A program made the translations under genes and the position numbers. A stretch of 59,747 bases of DNA, counting the filler, from Sphacelaria rigidula (lineage: Eukaryota): NCBI GenBank assembly GCA_964200075.2. It is 8 parts of 8 records of this genome, joined end to end, with 100 filler letters (N's around TTAATTAATTAA, not from the genome) between each part and the next. Parts side by side here need not be neighbours in the genome. Positions count along the whole stretch, not along the records: positions 29,926 to 37,306 come from CAXNAA020015179.1; positions 37,407 to 44,787 come from CAXNAA020015180.1; positions 44,888 to 52,267 come from CAXNAA020015181.1; 5 more parts are not named here. One strand, given 5' to 3'. Below, piece by piece: positions 35,635-48,025 of the stretch. Position 1 is the stretch's first letter; every line of letters starts with the position of its first letter. Below the pieces are notes generated by a model. The model saw nothing but the letters and a program-made list of their open reading frames with translations, did no database searches and was not told the DNA's origin.

Positions 35635-37087
35635 GTGTGTACAAAGAAGTGTGCGTCGAAATTGAAGATCGGTATCGAATTGAAGAACATATCGTGATCA
35701 GAACAGTCGATCATGCGTACGGACGTGGAAGACCGAGCAGCCGACATTGATCGACTCGAATCAAAATCTAGAATAGATAATCGATTGTTTACACCCCCCG
35801 GCCTGCTCGTGGCGGGGCTATTTTCTTTTTCTTTTCGACTGTCTTGGAGTGCCCTCTTACGGTTTGGGTTGGGTTCTTATTTGTTATTTGTGTGTTTATT
35901 TCTCGAGAGGCTCAAAAGAAGCAATGAGAGCCCTTTTGCAAGGAACAGCAGGGATGGTATTGGAAAGACGAGCCCACATCTGTGACCACGAGAGGTCGGG
36001 CTAGTACGCGGAAATAATAATAATGACGACAATAATAATAATGATGATAATAATTTACATATTTCGCGTACATTATGGACAAAAGGTATGGAATGGTGAT
36101 GCCGGCTACCCAAAATCCCCGTAATTTCTACGACTGCACTCATTCACCACTACTTCTAATCCCACGACCGGGGAGCAACACCGCACAACCGCACACCACA
36201 CACAACACAACACCTCGCGGCGGACCAGTCTGTGCCTGGACACCGAGTGAAGGTTTACTAGAGTACTGTGCCTGGGGAGGTCTTACGGAGTTGCCAAGTG
36301 GACGAGAGACCCAAATCCCTGCGATGTGTTTGGCGCCAACCCAGACAGTACGCGCGTATGGCACACGCAGGGATGAGTTTTTGCGACACGGCACCGAGAA
36401 CGCGTGCAATCCATATCGTATATGTTTTTCACCGCATAAACTGCGGCTAGACTGTGTTATTGGGGGTGAACGTGGGGGACCTCCGGCAGCGATGCAAATT
36501 TTGAAAAAAAATGCGACTGGATCATCCGGCTGCGATGTATGGCCTCGCTCATCCCAGGGTTAGGCCCCGACCCTAACCGTAACCCTTACCCCAATGAGAT
36601 GGAGGGCTCCTACAAATTCACCCCTAACGTGGGATCACTCAGTAAACCTTTGGAATTTACCGCGGTAATTAACCTTGCTAATTGGGCTGTTAATCGACTG
36701 TAACTCCCAACTTAGGTAAAAATAATCTGGACCGAGACCGTGGTTAGGTTCGTATTCGCAAAACCTCACTCTTCTCTTTTTGAACGAATTCTAAGTCATC
36801 AAATAACAGAATATATGGACGAAATTCCAAACAATATAAAAATTCGAAATAAAATCCCGTAGCACGTCCTGCAAATAATGCTGGTACGCGGGTGGTTTTT
36901 TCCGATGTCAAATTATGTACGGTATCAGTACGAGTCTCGCAGGGGTAAGGAGATATGATTGCACAGTGCATGAGCGTCCACGGATATCTCGATGTCACGA
37001 GTTACTTCGGACATCGAAGGGTCAGTGTGTCGGTGGAAGTATGTTATTGATGACCACTTTTGGTACTTAATTACGATTGTTTACCAG

Positions 37088-37296
37088 GATCGCCGTACAC
37101 TGCAAGGGCTCTTGCCTGTTCACGAGACAACAGAAGGCAGAGTCAGTGCTGCGACACGAGCCTGCCCGTCTACACCACCACTCTCCGCTCCTTGGGCAAC
37201 TTCAAAGGGGCCCTGACAGACGGCGGTCGCGTGTTTCCCATCGTTGGCATAACGTCGCCGCGGTCGTTCGAGATCCGGCCTGCGGGGCCAGCCCAG
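37088..37296 (+). pseudogene. Transposase-like gene, downstream exon with an apparent frameshift; gene truncated by the contig end
   Basis: accag|G-IAVHCKGSCLFTRQQ continues in phase, then shifts frame (~37140-37165) to LRSLGNFKGAL...IVGITSPRSFEI. Confidence 0.6.
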
Positions 37297-37306
37297 GTCA
37301 GCGTTG

Positions 37307-37406
37307 NNNNNNNNNNNNNNNNNNNNNNNNNNNNNNNNNNNNNNNNNNNNTTAATTAATTAANNNNNNNNNNNNNNNNNNNNNNNNNNNNNNNNNNNNNN
37401 NNNNNN
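37307..37406. other. Artificial contig linker
   Basis: N44-TTAATTAATTAA-N44. Confidence 0.98.
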
Positions 37407-37468
37407 AACCCCCCTACTCAACCATCAGAAGGTTACGAGGTTACCAACTGAGCCACTGGGGCGACCGG
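37407..37468 (-). mobile_element. tRNA-derived SINE head (family S2)
   Basis: Minus strand CCGGTCGCCCCAGTGGCTCAGTTGGTAACCTCGTAACCTTCTGATGGTTGAG. Confidence 0.65.
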
Positions 37469-37905
37469 TTCATCACACGTGGGCTTTCGTTTTTTATGTG
37501 TTGTTTTCCACAAAAACGTATGCGTCTCATTCAAAAGGGATTATTTTGAAGCGGAAACCCCGAGGAGTTACTTGATTTTAGTGTGAAAACCGAAAAACAA
37601 GAACCCATAATCCATGCGAATCATATGCGCGCATGGAAGACAAAAGCCTCATCACACGTAAAATATATATGACAATGACGTACGTCCTCACGGCTAGCCT
37701 GCGAAAAAGGTAACTCCTGCAAAGCCTCTTCTGGATAAATGAACAAAAGCAGACGCTCATAAAAGGGGGCGCGGGGTATGGTGGGAACCACCACGTAAAA
37801 GGGGGAAATTCCCACAAGTGTCCGTAGAGAAATCACCATCACTTTACTCGTTTTTCGTCTTTATCGTGTTCATTGATTTGTCGGGGTGTCCTTTTTTTTC
37901 AACAG

Positions 37906-37998
37906 GAGCGAGATGAACTAATCGTAACTATGGCTGCCGTGGAAAAGGAAAGAGATTTCTACTTCGACAAGCTGAGAGACATCGAGCTGCTCCTGCAG
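37906..37998 (+). CDS. EB1: Microtubule end-binding protein EB1 (MAPRE family), EBH-domain exon (gene 5'-partial)
   Basis: ERDELIVTMAAVEKERDFYFDKLRDIELLLQ (EKERDFYFxKLRxIE hallmark); aacag| and |gtgcga. Confidence 0.93.
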
Positions 37999-38007
37999 GT
38001 GCGACAG

Positions 38008-38008
<1 letters not shown>

Positions 38009-38047
<39 letters not shown>
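38009..38047. repeat. (TG)n microsatellite
   Basis: Perfect dinucleotide run in the EB1 intron. Confidence 0.95.
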
Positions 38048-38048
<1 letters not shown>

Positions 38049-38290
38049 GCCATCCCATCTATTCTGGACGCCGGTCTAAGCTTTCGCTGTATGCGTGCGC
38101 ACGAGCCGGGATCACACTGGAGGAAGGCCAACACATGTTTTTTTCCCCCCAAGTTCTCTACCTTCCTTCTGCGGTGCTTGGCTTCATTTTTTTTCGCGAG
38201 AGGAGTCCAGCAGTCCCTTTACCTCGTCGACCGCTAAGTCGAATTTTGTGTACAAACAACATGGTCGCTCTTTACTGTTGGGCATTGTGT

Positions 38291-38378
38291 GAAAAAAAAT
38301 CCCAGAGCGGTCCGAGAATTGAACCCACGACCCAACCGTCACAAGGGTCCGAGGCTCCTGGCTGAGCCACCGTGGCGA
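38291..38378 (-). mobile_element. tRNA-derived SINE (family S2) with B-box and oligo-T
   Basis: Minus strand GGTGGCTCAG...GGGTTCAATTCTC...TTTTTTT. Confidence 0.6.
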
Positions 38379-40327
38379 TGGCTGTCGAAGTAGTGTCATC
38401 GGCTCTCTGCTTTTTTTATTCAGTCATTATCTCTTCTTGTTTACGAGCTCGTGCAAGGACAGATCAGCTGGATCATTGACCCAACCCCTGCCTTCATTGT
38501 ACTCGTGTGTGTATCGCCATCACCCAGCTACAGTAGCGCCATATCGAAATCGACGTTTATTATCAAGAGTCGGAGTCGTCTGCATTTTTCACGTTTTTGT
38601 TTGTACAGACCGCGTTTGTGCTCCAGCTATGTAGTTTTTTCTTTCCCTCTATTGCGAAGGTGACAGCAATGAATGAATCGTGGGTCATTTCTTTCCATCA
38701 ATTTTGGGCAATATACATTAAAAGGTATACCCTCTCATGTTTTTGGAACAAAGACGGATAGCGCATGTTTCGGTGTGGGGCGCGGTGCTGCACTACACGC
38801 GGGCTAAACACCTTGAAAACACGTTCCAGCGCCTTGGACCCACGATATATGTCTGGGCAGCATGACCGACATTTTTTTTACTTCTTCACACGTGGTATTA
38901 TGCTCAACTATGACCCAGAAAAGGAGAGCCTGTGAGAGTGCCCTTTTTGTATATAAACGAGGAGGGTACACCCTAATCTCTGCTGAAAATTCGTCTTTTA
39001 CCTTTTCCGTGTTGAGTTGTGTAGCCTTCAATGATCAAGTGCATACCCTTCTCTACCCTTCTTTGTGAAATGGCGACCGTACCGCCGGCTCCGCAGAAGA
39101 TACGCCGAACAGTTACAACCATACCCATTTTTTTGTGAAAAATTACACTTCCAAAAAGGCCGGAACTCAACGATAAAAAAATCGTAGCACCCTGCTGGTT
39201 GGCCCGCAGACCCGAAAGATTCGACGATGCATACAGGGCGCGAACGCTTGTGTGCCGGAGCTCACAAAGGCCCAACGAACATGTGTGAAAAATATTGCCG
39301 GCACGCACGCCCGAACGGCATCATATGGTGTCATCGTGTGGAACATCAGACCATGGCGGCGTCTGCAATCTGAAAAAAGTCGTGCCCTGAAGGGTTCAAG
39401 GGTCGCGCAGGTAATTATTTACTTGAAAGTCACTTGCTTTTAGTGTATGTGACTCGTGCCGCAGGAATCAATCCTTGAGCTTTGTCTTTATCACTGCACC
39501 CCAGGTACGCACGCCCCACACACGTGGAATAGCACACAAGTTGCGTGCATACTTATTTGACCCCCGGTGGAAACATTTATCTACTTCGATCAATTGGGCT
39601 TCAGAAGTCGTACAATTGGCTATTCGAACCAGCGATGATTCATTCAACCCTTGAAGGCCTAGACATGGTCCTTCGTAAATGTTTTAGGCCCCAACTCTCA
39701 AACCTCGATCAAGAACATGGAAGATATGTGCGTTTATTTTCCGAGGGCTTTGAAGGTCCCGCACGCTATTTAGTGTAGGCGTTTCCCCCAAGTATGTGTG
39801 GTGGGTGTGCCTGTTTCTCGGGCAACGACGAGCAGGGTGTGGAAACAGGTACTGTCCCGTTTATCCCGTCATGGTGTCAGCAACAGCGACGCCCATACGA
39901 CATTTCAGGTCAATCGAGTAAGAGCTCGTTAATGTTGATTTTTGTATGAAGCCGTCCCGTAGCAGCCGCCATCGGGCTGTATCGGATATACAGCAGCAAA
40001 GTGCGGGATGTTGTAAGCCCTCGAGTGGTCGATGCGGGAAGGCGGGGTACTCGGCGGTCGTTGCACGGTGGCAGCGGAGGGCATCTTTGCTCTGTGTTCG
40101 GCTGCTGCTCGGCCTGTGTGCTTCAAAGACACTTTTGTGGGGTGAAGTAGTTGAGGCAGGACCAGCCTGTATGTAGTACGGATGGCGATGCTGCTCGCCT
40201 CGCCTCCTCTCTTAGTATTTTTGTTTTGCTGTAGACGTGATATTTTCATATGTAGGAACGTGTCCATTCTTGTTTTCCTCTTCCTGCCTTTCTTACGAAG
40301 TTTCCCGATATGTGATGGCGATGACAG

Positions 40328-40462
40328 AACCACGAAACGGAAACAGGGGAGAGTGAGCTGACGAAAAGCGCCTTCAAAATTCTGTACGCTACGGATGATG
40401 ACCACGATGCCGCTGCTGCTCCTGCAGAGGGAGGGGAACCGCTGGCCGCTGGCGCTGGTCAG
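40328..40462 (+). CDS. EB1: EB1 exon
   Basis: NHETETGESELTKSAFKILYATDDD (ILYAT motif); gacag| and |gtgagg; 45 codons. Confidence 0.9.
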
Positions 40463-41760
40463 GTGAGGAAGGAGTTTTTTTTTTTTCTTCGTTTTCCTGT
40501 GGAGGCAGCTGTACTTCGCTCTTGCTTTTTGTGTTCAGTTTTTCGTGATTTGTTGGGGTTCCACTGTTTCAGCTTTGTAGTCTCGGAGCATGACGTGTGT
40601 TTCTTGCCTGCCATGAGAGTTGCGCAGTTGTGTTGAGGTTGTTCGGTCGTCGAGCATTTGTTGCTTCGAACTTGTCTTTTTTTTGTTTCCCTTTTGTTTT
40701 TCTGTCTTTTCAGCTTTGTGTCGTCGTTGGGGTGTTGCGCAGTTGCTTGCTTGCACTCGTTGCTGATGACTGGCACCAGGTGAAGATGAGCTGTGGTGTC
40801 CTTGTAGTCTGTTGGGATGGTGATGTGTTGTGTGTTGTGTGTTGTGGTGGGAAATGAGTACCACGTCGTACGACTCTTGCGTTGGCTCCTCCGGCCAATG
40901 CCCACCGTGCGGGTGCGGTTGTTGTCTCTGTCCGATCGTGAAGTCAACTCACACGTGCTATTCCTTCGATTGTATGGGGGTGAGATTCAGTACCTGAAGA
41001 AAAAAAGACTGGATGTGGATCACGGCCGGATACGATACCCCAAGTTGACTGGTACGATGAGTCCGGCAAATGAAGGGAAAACTTTGGACTGGAGGGGGCA
41101 TCACGACGGGCATTATTACGAGTCGTGACTCACCCGACCCTAGCCTAGACTCCCAAGTCCGCCGATGTTCGAAGTGTTGCTAGTTTGTTGCGTTGGTCGT
41201 TCGTCTCGAAGTGTGCGTCATCGCTTGGGCTCTTGTTGTCTCTGGACTGCTTCGGTGCCGTTGTCGCTGCTGGAGCATACAGTGCTTGGATGCTCGTGTT
41301 TGCCTTGTCCGAATATTTTCCAAACCCATGTCTCGACCATCACAGTGAAGTTGAAATGTACAAAGTGATCGGTCCTGCAAGAGTCTGACCCAGCCTAGGT
41401 GATGTCTGCGTTGAGGCGGGTTGTACTTCCTCGTGAGCGGGGGATCCGTAGTTGTCCCGCGATCACCACGCCTTGCGGGCGCCTCTTGTGCTTTCGCTAT
41501 ACATGTTCTGATCAATCTGTGATGACCCTCATGTCCTGACACCAGTCGGCGGTGTGCGTTGTGAGGTGGTTAAGTTGTTGAAATACTTTCTTGTTGGAGC
41601 ATCACTGTCTGTGGCAATACTTTTGCTTTTCCTACTCATTGATTTGACGTTGTGACTTGGCGTGTGGGTCTGCGCTTGTTATAGTTTCGTGTTGGACCGT
41701 TGACTGTTCCGAAATTTGATATTCCGCCCCTCAATTTGACGTGATGGCTTGGCGCTCTAG

Positions 41761-41838
41761 GTGGGGGGAGCCGAACCGGAAGATCTTCTAGCTGAAGACG
41801 AACCGGTCGACGCCAATGGAGTCCAGCTCTCCTACTAG
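41761..41838 (+). CDS. EB1: EB1 terminal exon (acidic tail ending in Tyr)
   Basis: ctctag|VGGAEPEDLLAEDEPVDANGVQLSY*; phase 0. Confidence 0.7.
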   Translation: MGGAEPEDLLAEDEPVDANGVQLSY

Positions 41839-44787
41839 GTCATTGTTTTTCGCTACACCAACATACACAACGTACCCCCTGGTTGTAGGTGACGGAGTAC
41901 AGGGCTCCCCACGAAGTCGTGTTCGGTATAGTGCCGGCGTGAGAATATTCCCTGGGTGTCTTAGTATTTTCAACGACGACTTTGTCGGGAAAGGCGGCAA
42001 AAGTTGTGCCATTCTCGACTGTGATGTCTCCAATGTCGTGTAGTGAAAACCACCGCCCGAGATGTGAGCAGAATTGGGAACTTTCGGGAGTAGTAGCAGC
42101 AGTGCGTTTTCGTCTTTCCCCCCCTCAAGAAATCGAGGTTGAGAACATCTCCGCGTGTGATGAACTGCTGGGCGTGTTAGTGCTCCATCTCATGACGATA
42201 TTTGCGTGGCACCCCAAGGCGTGGTGCACCTTGGATTTTTAGTCATGACACGAGCATACGAATTTTCATGTTGTGCCCTCCCTTTCCGCGAGAGGGATCA
42301 TGGATTTGGTGTTTTCCGAGTGATGGGTCTTGACCGTTGTGCAAGGTGAAGACAGAAAGTTGGGTTTGCGGCAAAAGGCGGTTGTTTTGAAGTTGACTGT
42401 AAAGTGGGGCTTCACGGCCGGCCGAGTCATCACAGCACGGCGCCCGCGAATCACTTGCTTCTGGGATCTGATGGCGCCGGCTGGGCTTGACTGAGAGTAT
42501 TAGCTTGTGGTACCACTGTGCCAGGCACCTCTGTACGAGTAGTTGTGGAGATCCGTAAGTAGTGCCACTCGGCACTGGCACTCTGAATCTTCCACTATAT
42601 CAAGACATGAATGGTATGATATTGGCAAGGCAAATTAGTCTATTGCAGGCAGGAGGTGGTGGGTGGGCATCGTTGTTTGATCAAGGCCACCGCCTGTTAT
42701 TTTGTTTTGCTTCCGATGGCGGAGGATCGCGCAGCTCCTTGCGTGTCGTGAGCAGTGCTAGTTCGGGGTAGTGTATGGTCAAGTCTCCTTCTGTACACCA
42801 GCGAATTGTGTTGGTCCGATGGCTTCGTTCTTCTCGTCTTGCTACTGTACCTTCTCTAGTGTTTTTTCTCGCGGTGCAAATGTTGGTTTTTTCCCGGCAC
42901 TACCGCGTTCCTTCTCCTGTCTGTTGCTCGTGGAGACTGTTGGAGAGCAGTGCATCAAGTACATCTTACGCAAGAGAAGAACTCAGTTTGTCCGTCGTGA
43001 TAGTAGGCGATTTTTGGGTAAGAGTATGCGTAGCATTGTTGCCATTCGGCCCTCGCAGTAGGTATTATAGTAGGTACTTTTTTTTGTTCAATTTTTTTCT
43101 TGTTGCCACGGCGGCCACTGGTGGCGGCGTGGAGGCGTCTCTCGTGTGTCGCTCACGGCAACTACCCCCGCATGCGTCGCAAATATCTTGATTTCAACTG
43201 ACGCCAACACATGAACTTTTTTTTTGGCATAATTTGTTTTGGGCATCTTTTTCATCGCAAGCGGTTGCAGTTCGACCGTATCTCGCATGTCGGCGAAAAT
43301 TCCCCAAGGGGGCCCGCTCGGAATGTGTCGGCGATATTGCAAATCAAGTGTCGAAACTTGAGGTCCCAACTCGAAGGGAAGAGCTGTGCGTGGCGATGTT
43401 TGAAGATTTTGCGCCAGGATCGCTGGTTATACGATATTGGATACAATACTGAGAATCGGCAACAACTTTGCAACGGTGATGAATCATGGAATGAGACATG
43501 CGCCGCTTTTCTTCACCCTTCCGACCTTTTTTTTCCCCGTGAGAAACTTTCAACACACGAACCCGGTGGGAAGAAAGTGCGAACACGGTGGCGCGAGTTT
43601 CGTGACACTCACGTGGCGAATGCCCAAGCTGGATGGCGGCGCGTGACAGCTTAAAATTGCCTATTACAACGATATACTGCAGTCAGCTCACCTTGAGGTG
43701 ATGTCGTCCGACGATATGACCGCGAGACACGAGATATTTTTCTGTGCCGACCCAGCTTGTAGCCGTCTGTGGAAAGAGATTCCAATTTATATGGGAAACC
43801 CAGGCTCGATAGTTTTGAACGGAAAAAATCCGACTGAGATTGAAGTTGGGTGGACTTCTTGAAACCACGCTTGATCAGTCTGAACAATCCTGGTCTTGCG
43901 ATCAGTACCTCCAGTTGTGTGTCATTTGAGGCATTAGCTTGCATCTCGTTCTCGTTTTGTTGAAGACTTTTTGGCAGAGGCCATGTTTTGTCAGGACGAC
44001 AAACAAAATACTTTGAGAATTAACTCTGGTGTATGATCGGTCACGCAGTTTCCCCCCTCCCACTAGATGAAGCAAATTCAGGCAAATCCAGCTCTCTTAC
44101 TAAACAAAATAATTTCAGGCGAACCTAATTATTTCCCTAGCGTGTTTTGTACTTCCTAATGGTCATATGAGCTGCTGGAGTACTCCATTTCGTTGTACGG
44201 AAGCAGTGTTGCTCGTAAATTCTTGTGCTGTCTTGTGTACGAACCTCGGCACCCTCAAACGACGGTGAAATGATTCAGACACAACCATCACTTCGTGCTT
44301 TGCAGTCGTTACCCATCTTCTTGGGTATTGGTACTGTACAGTGTAAAACGCTGCTCTGATTGCGTCGTGTTGGGTGATGTAGGGGTGGTTCGTTTGACTG
44401 GGACTAGTATCCTCTTTCCGTTCAGCACTTGCAAAATGGCTGAGCATTGCTGCCGAAGCTTTGTCTCCTGTTTTCCCATTTTCGAACCGGGAACGATACG
44501 GTGAGGCCATCACTAGCAGGCATTTTCGTCGGAAACATTCGTCTTGCCTAATGCTTGAGCAAAATTTCCCCTCTTTTGTCCCTACTGATACATCAAGGGC
44601 TGCAAATTTCGGGCCAGATGCAAATATGTGACGCCCCTGGGCTCTTCTGGAGTGCAAAAGTGGGGAAATCTGTCTCTGGCATGGGCGAGATTTGACGTTT
44701 GACAAGATCCACAAAAATAACAGCCGATCCTAATTTTTGGGGTTGAAACAAAAAATGAGGTTGAAGGCCCATTTCTCTATTGCCGGG

Positions 44788-44887
44788 NNNNNNNNNNNNN
44801 NNNNNNNNNNNNNNNNNNNNNNNNNNNNNNNTTAATTAATTAANNNNNNNNNNNNNNNNNNNNNNNNNNNNNNNNNNNNNNNNNNNN
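44788..44887. other. Artificial contig linker
   Basis: N44-TTAATTAATTAA-N44. Confidence 0.98.
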
Positions 44888-45442
44888 CTGATAGACCGCT
44901 TTTCACTCTCAATCGTATCATCTACTCTCAATCTCACGAAAACACTGTTATACATGAAAATACAGTTCGCTCCTAATAAGAAACGTTCACACTATATCAA
45001 ACGCTAGACTCTCAATGTGGCGAAAAGGTCGTTTAGTGTAGTATATACCTGTCTAGCTGTGCAGCTAGCGAAGGCTAACGAAGCACATGGATAGACAGTC
45101 TCAACTCTAGTAGCCACTTAGGTGCTCGCGTCTGTACTGGGGTTCGCAACCCCAGCTGCTATAGTAGAAGAAACCCGAGGTCAAAGTCCACCAAACGGCA
45201 CGCGCACAAGTGAGGGACATCGAAGGAAAGTCGATACGTACCGCAGTACAACTACCTGTTTACTCTCTTGCCTTGTCATTGGTAATCTAGTCATCCGCAC
45301 TGTGCCGGATGCACAGTCGCTTTTACTCTCCTTGCGATCCTATACCGTAGGACCGGGCCATCACCGGACTGCTGTATATAGTATATGAGAAACATCTGCC
45401 GGCAGTGCAGGATGAGATGGCGCATTGGCTACATTCCGCAGA

Positions 45443-45496
45443 ATTACTCACAGAGGGAACATTACTCACAGAGGGAACATTACTCACAGGGGGAAC
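45443..45496. repeat. 18-bp tandem repeat x3
   Basis: ATTACTCACAG(A/G)GGGAAC. Confidence 0.9.
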
Positions 45497-47761
45497 CCCA
45501 CGCAGTGCTAAAAGTAGTATGTTCTGCAGCGTACATACCTGGCTGTCTGCCAAGGCTTTTCCGCCACGTCCATTGCACTACCCTTGCCATGAGGTGTCCT
45601 CGCTGTAGCCGAGACAAGCGCCGCCGAAGGTCTTTTTCGCTCCTTTTCGAGCATGCGACCATGTCTAACATGAAATATGACATCTCGTCGCGCAGACCGC
45701 TGCCTGTGCGCGGTGCCCAGGGCCAACGTGATTTGTCTGTAAAACGTGGGGTCGCGTTCCTCCTCGGGCGTTGGAAGCGCTAATCTCGGCACAACGATGG
45801 GCCGTCCTACTGCGGCACTACTCATTGCTGTTCTCGTTTCGTCGTATACGATGCTAGAGCGATAGCGCTATCGCTGTTTCTTGTTGGGCGGTGCGATGGT
45901 ACATGCAACGCGTACGGTAAGGACAAGGCGGGCGGAGAGACAAACGCGGGGGAACCGCTGCTTCAAGCCCTGTTGAGCAGGAACATGTACGTTCGTGCGG
46001 TGCAACTACGGTTCAATGTGCGGCGTAATCTCGCCCTTGAACTTTCAAGGCGAAATTGCCTGGTAAGTGTGTATGGTGTATGGTGTTCAACACAATACAG
46101 CTGGTCCTGATGCGTCAATATACACCACTGAAAGGAGACTATAGATACGTGCCAGCATGCCCTGAATGGGGTGTGAAGTGTGGCGAACACATACGATACG
46201 TACGACATGCACAAATATCTTTTGTCTCATGGCAGGAGGCCCGTCACCACTGGGGGTATATTTTACGAGATAGACGCATACGAAACGGTGAAAAAGTCGC
46301 CGTTGCGTTTCCGAAGGCCTCGAGCGTGAACGAGCCGAAATACACGCGTACCCGCTGTGTCATCTTCAGAGCTTTGACGCGGTGTTGCAAGAAACTGTAC
46401 AGCCCAAGGTCGTACCAAGCGGGGTTGCAGCTTTGACTCAACGGCCGGGTGTCCTAGAAGATACTGTTTGGATACAACAGTATCGGCCCGCTGTCAACAA
46501 ACCAGAGAACAAGCTCAGCTTATTTAATATGCCGGTGTAAAAAGCCCACGTTTTTAGTGTTTGAACCCCACTAAGGCAGCCCAACAGCCTGGTAACCTTG
46601 GAATTCTCAAAATCTCAGCCTCGTTGTCTGTGAGCCACTTTCGTGATAGCGGGCTGATGCTGTACTCTCCAGGCCAAGCTCGAACGAAGATATTTTGCAG
46701 ATGTTACCAGCATACCGTTGGCCGCGAAAGAAGTCTGGAACAGGCTTTGAGATGATTTATTTGAATGACCAACCGCAACAATGACACTCAGAGGTGAGCT
46801 CGCATTGCTGCACCGTAATGTGCCGCTAACCGTCATATCACGGGTGGGCGGGGTGCTGGTCGCGTGCATACACTGTACTCGCAAATACAAAAATGCGCTG
46901 CTACCAGCGCCTACCTTTGTCACAACTGGTTCATCTCCCGGGGCGACTGTGGTTTCACATTACAAGCGTAGAAATGCACAAACCCAAGGACCCATTGATT
47001 ATCGTGAAAGCTCCATCTGGGATATCAATGTCCATCTGGGTACATGTGGGAAGATTGCCTGGGGTCTTCACCATGAAGCATGGACATCCGTCCGGGGCGT
47101 CCATCTGGAACGAACGTATGGAGCGAAGACATCCGCCTGGGATCTCCATCTGGATTTGGCCAGTCCCGAAGGGACACTTATCTGGGACATAGACGCTCAC
47201 CTGGAACATCTCATCTGCTGAGACCAGCTCACCAGCTTACCTTGCCGACATTTTTCGTCTGGGTGTTGGTTCCTAGAACTACACAACCGAGCCCGAAACC
47301 CCGACTTCGACCTAACCCTGATCCGAACGATAGAGAGCTTGTGCGCTGGTAGAGCCTATATCTGGTGGCCTAGCATGGGCCGGGAAAACTTCACGCATTG
47401 CTGTGGTAGAGCACACATCCGCGCTAGTGCCCGCTGCTAAAGCGCCACGTGGGAGCAAAATAACGCTTGCGCGTCGGTGGGCACGTGCTCGTCGGTTGAA
47501 ACGAACTGGTTCTGGCTCAAAACATTTTCAAACAAACGAAAAAAACGCGACTAGCAAAATCAGTGTATATAACTCTCAACAGCACACAAAGGCCGGCTGC
47601 CACCCCCGAATTGAATCGCTCAAAATACGAAACAGCCCCATCCCATCAGAGCACCAAAATAGGAGGCGAAGCGATTGACGCTGAAATCCATCAACCCTAA
47701 GAAACGACCACAATCATTTTGGGCTGTGAGCAGCGCCATATTTTCCATTTCGCTGGATCAC

Positions 47762-48025
47762 CTAATCATCTTCACGACTTCGAGGTTTTCTTCGCATGCT
47801 TCCCTTCCCTAGACCCTTTCTCTTCTTGAATGCTACTGGTGCTGCTGACTCCCCCGCCTCCCCATCCCCAGTCGCACCGCCACCTCCATAATCTCGATCT
47901 TCGTGCAGAGCCGCGTCTGGCGCGCGAGGTGCTTCTGGCTCTATGTTGAATCCCCGGTACTTTCCCTTGCCCCACGGATCGTACGATCCCATGGCGTCGT
48001 CTGCATCCATGGCCTGCATTATCAT
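47762..48025 (-). CDS. WBP4/ZOP1-like U1-type zinc-finger protein, terminal exon
   Basis: MIMQAMDADDAMGSYDPWGKGKYRGFNI...VAFKKRK...REDD*; gtcag| acceptor. Confidence 0.85.
   Translation of the reverse strand: MIMQAMDADDAMGSYDPWGKGKYRGFNIEPEAPRAPDAALHEDRDYGGGGATGDGEAGESAAPVAFKKRKGLGKGSMRRKPRSREDD

Noticed and set aside
45443-45496. CRISPR-like direct repeats
   Set aside because: Head-to-tail 18-mers without spacers, in eukaryotic context with no cas genes.
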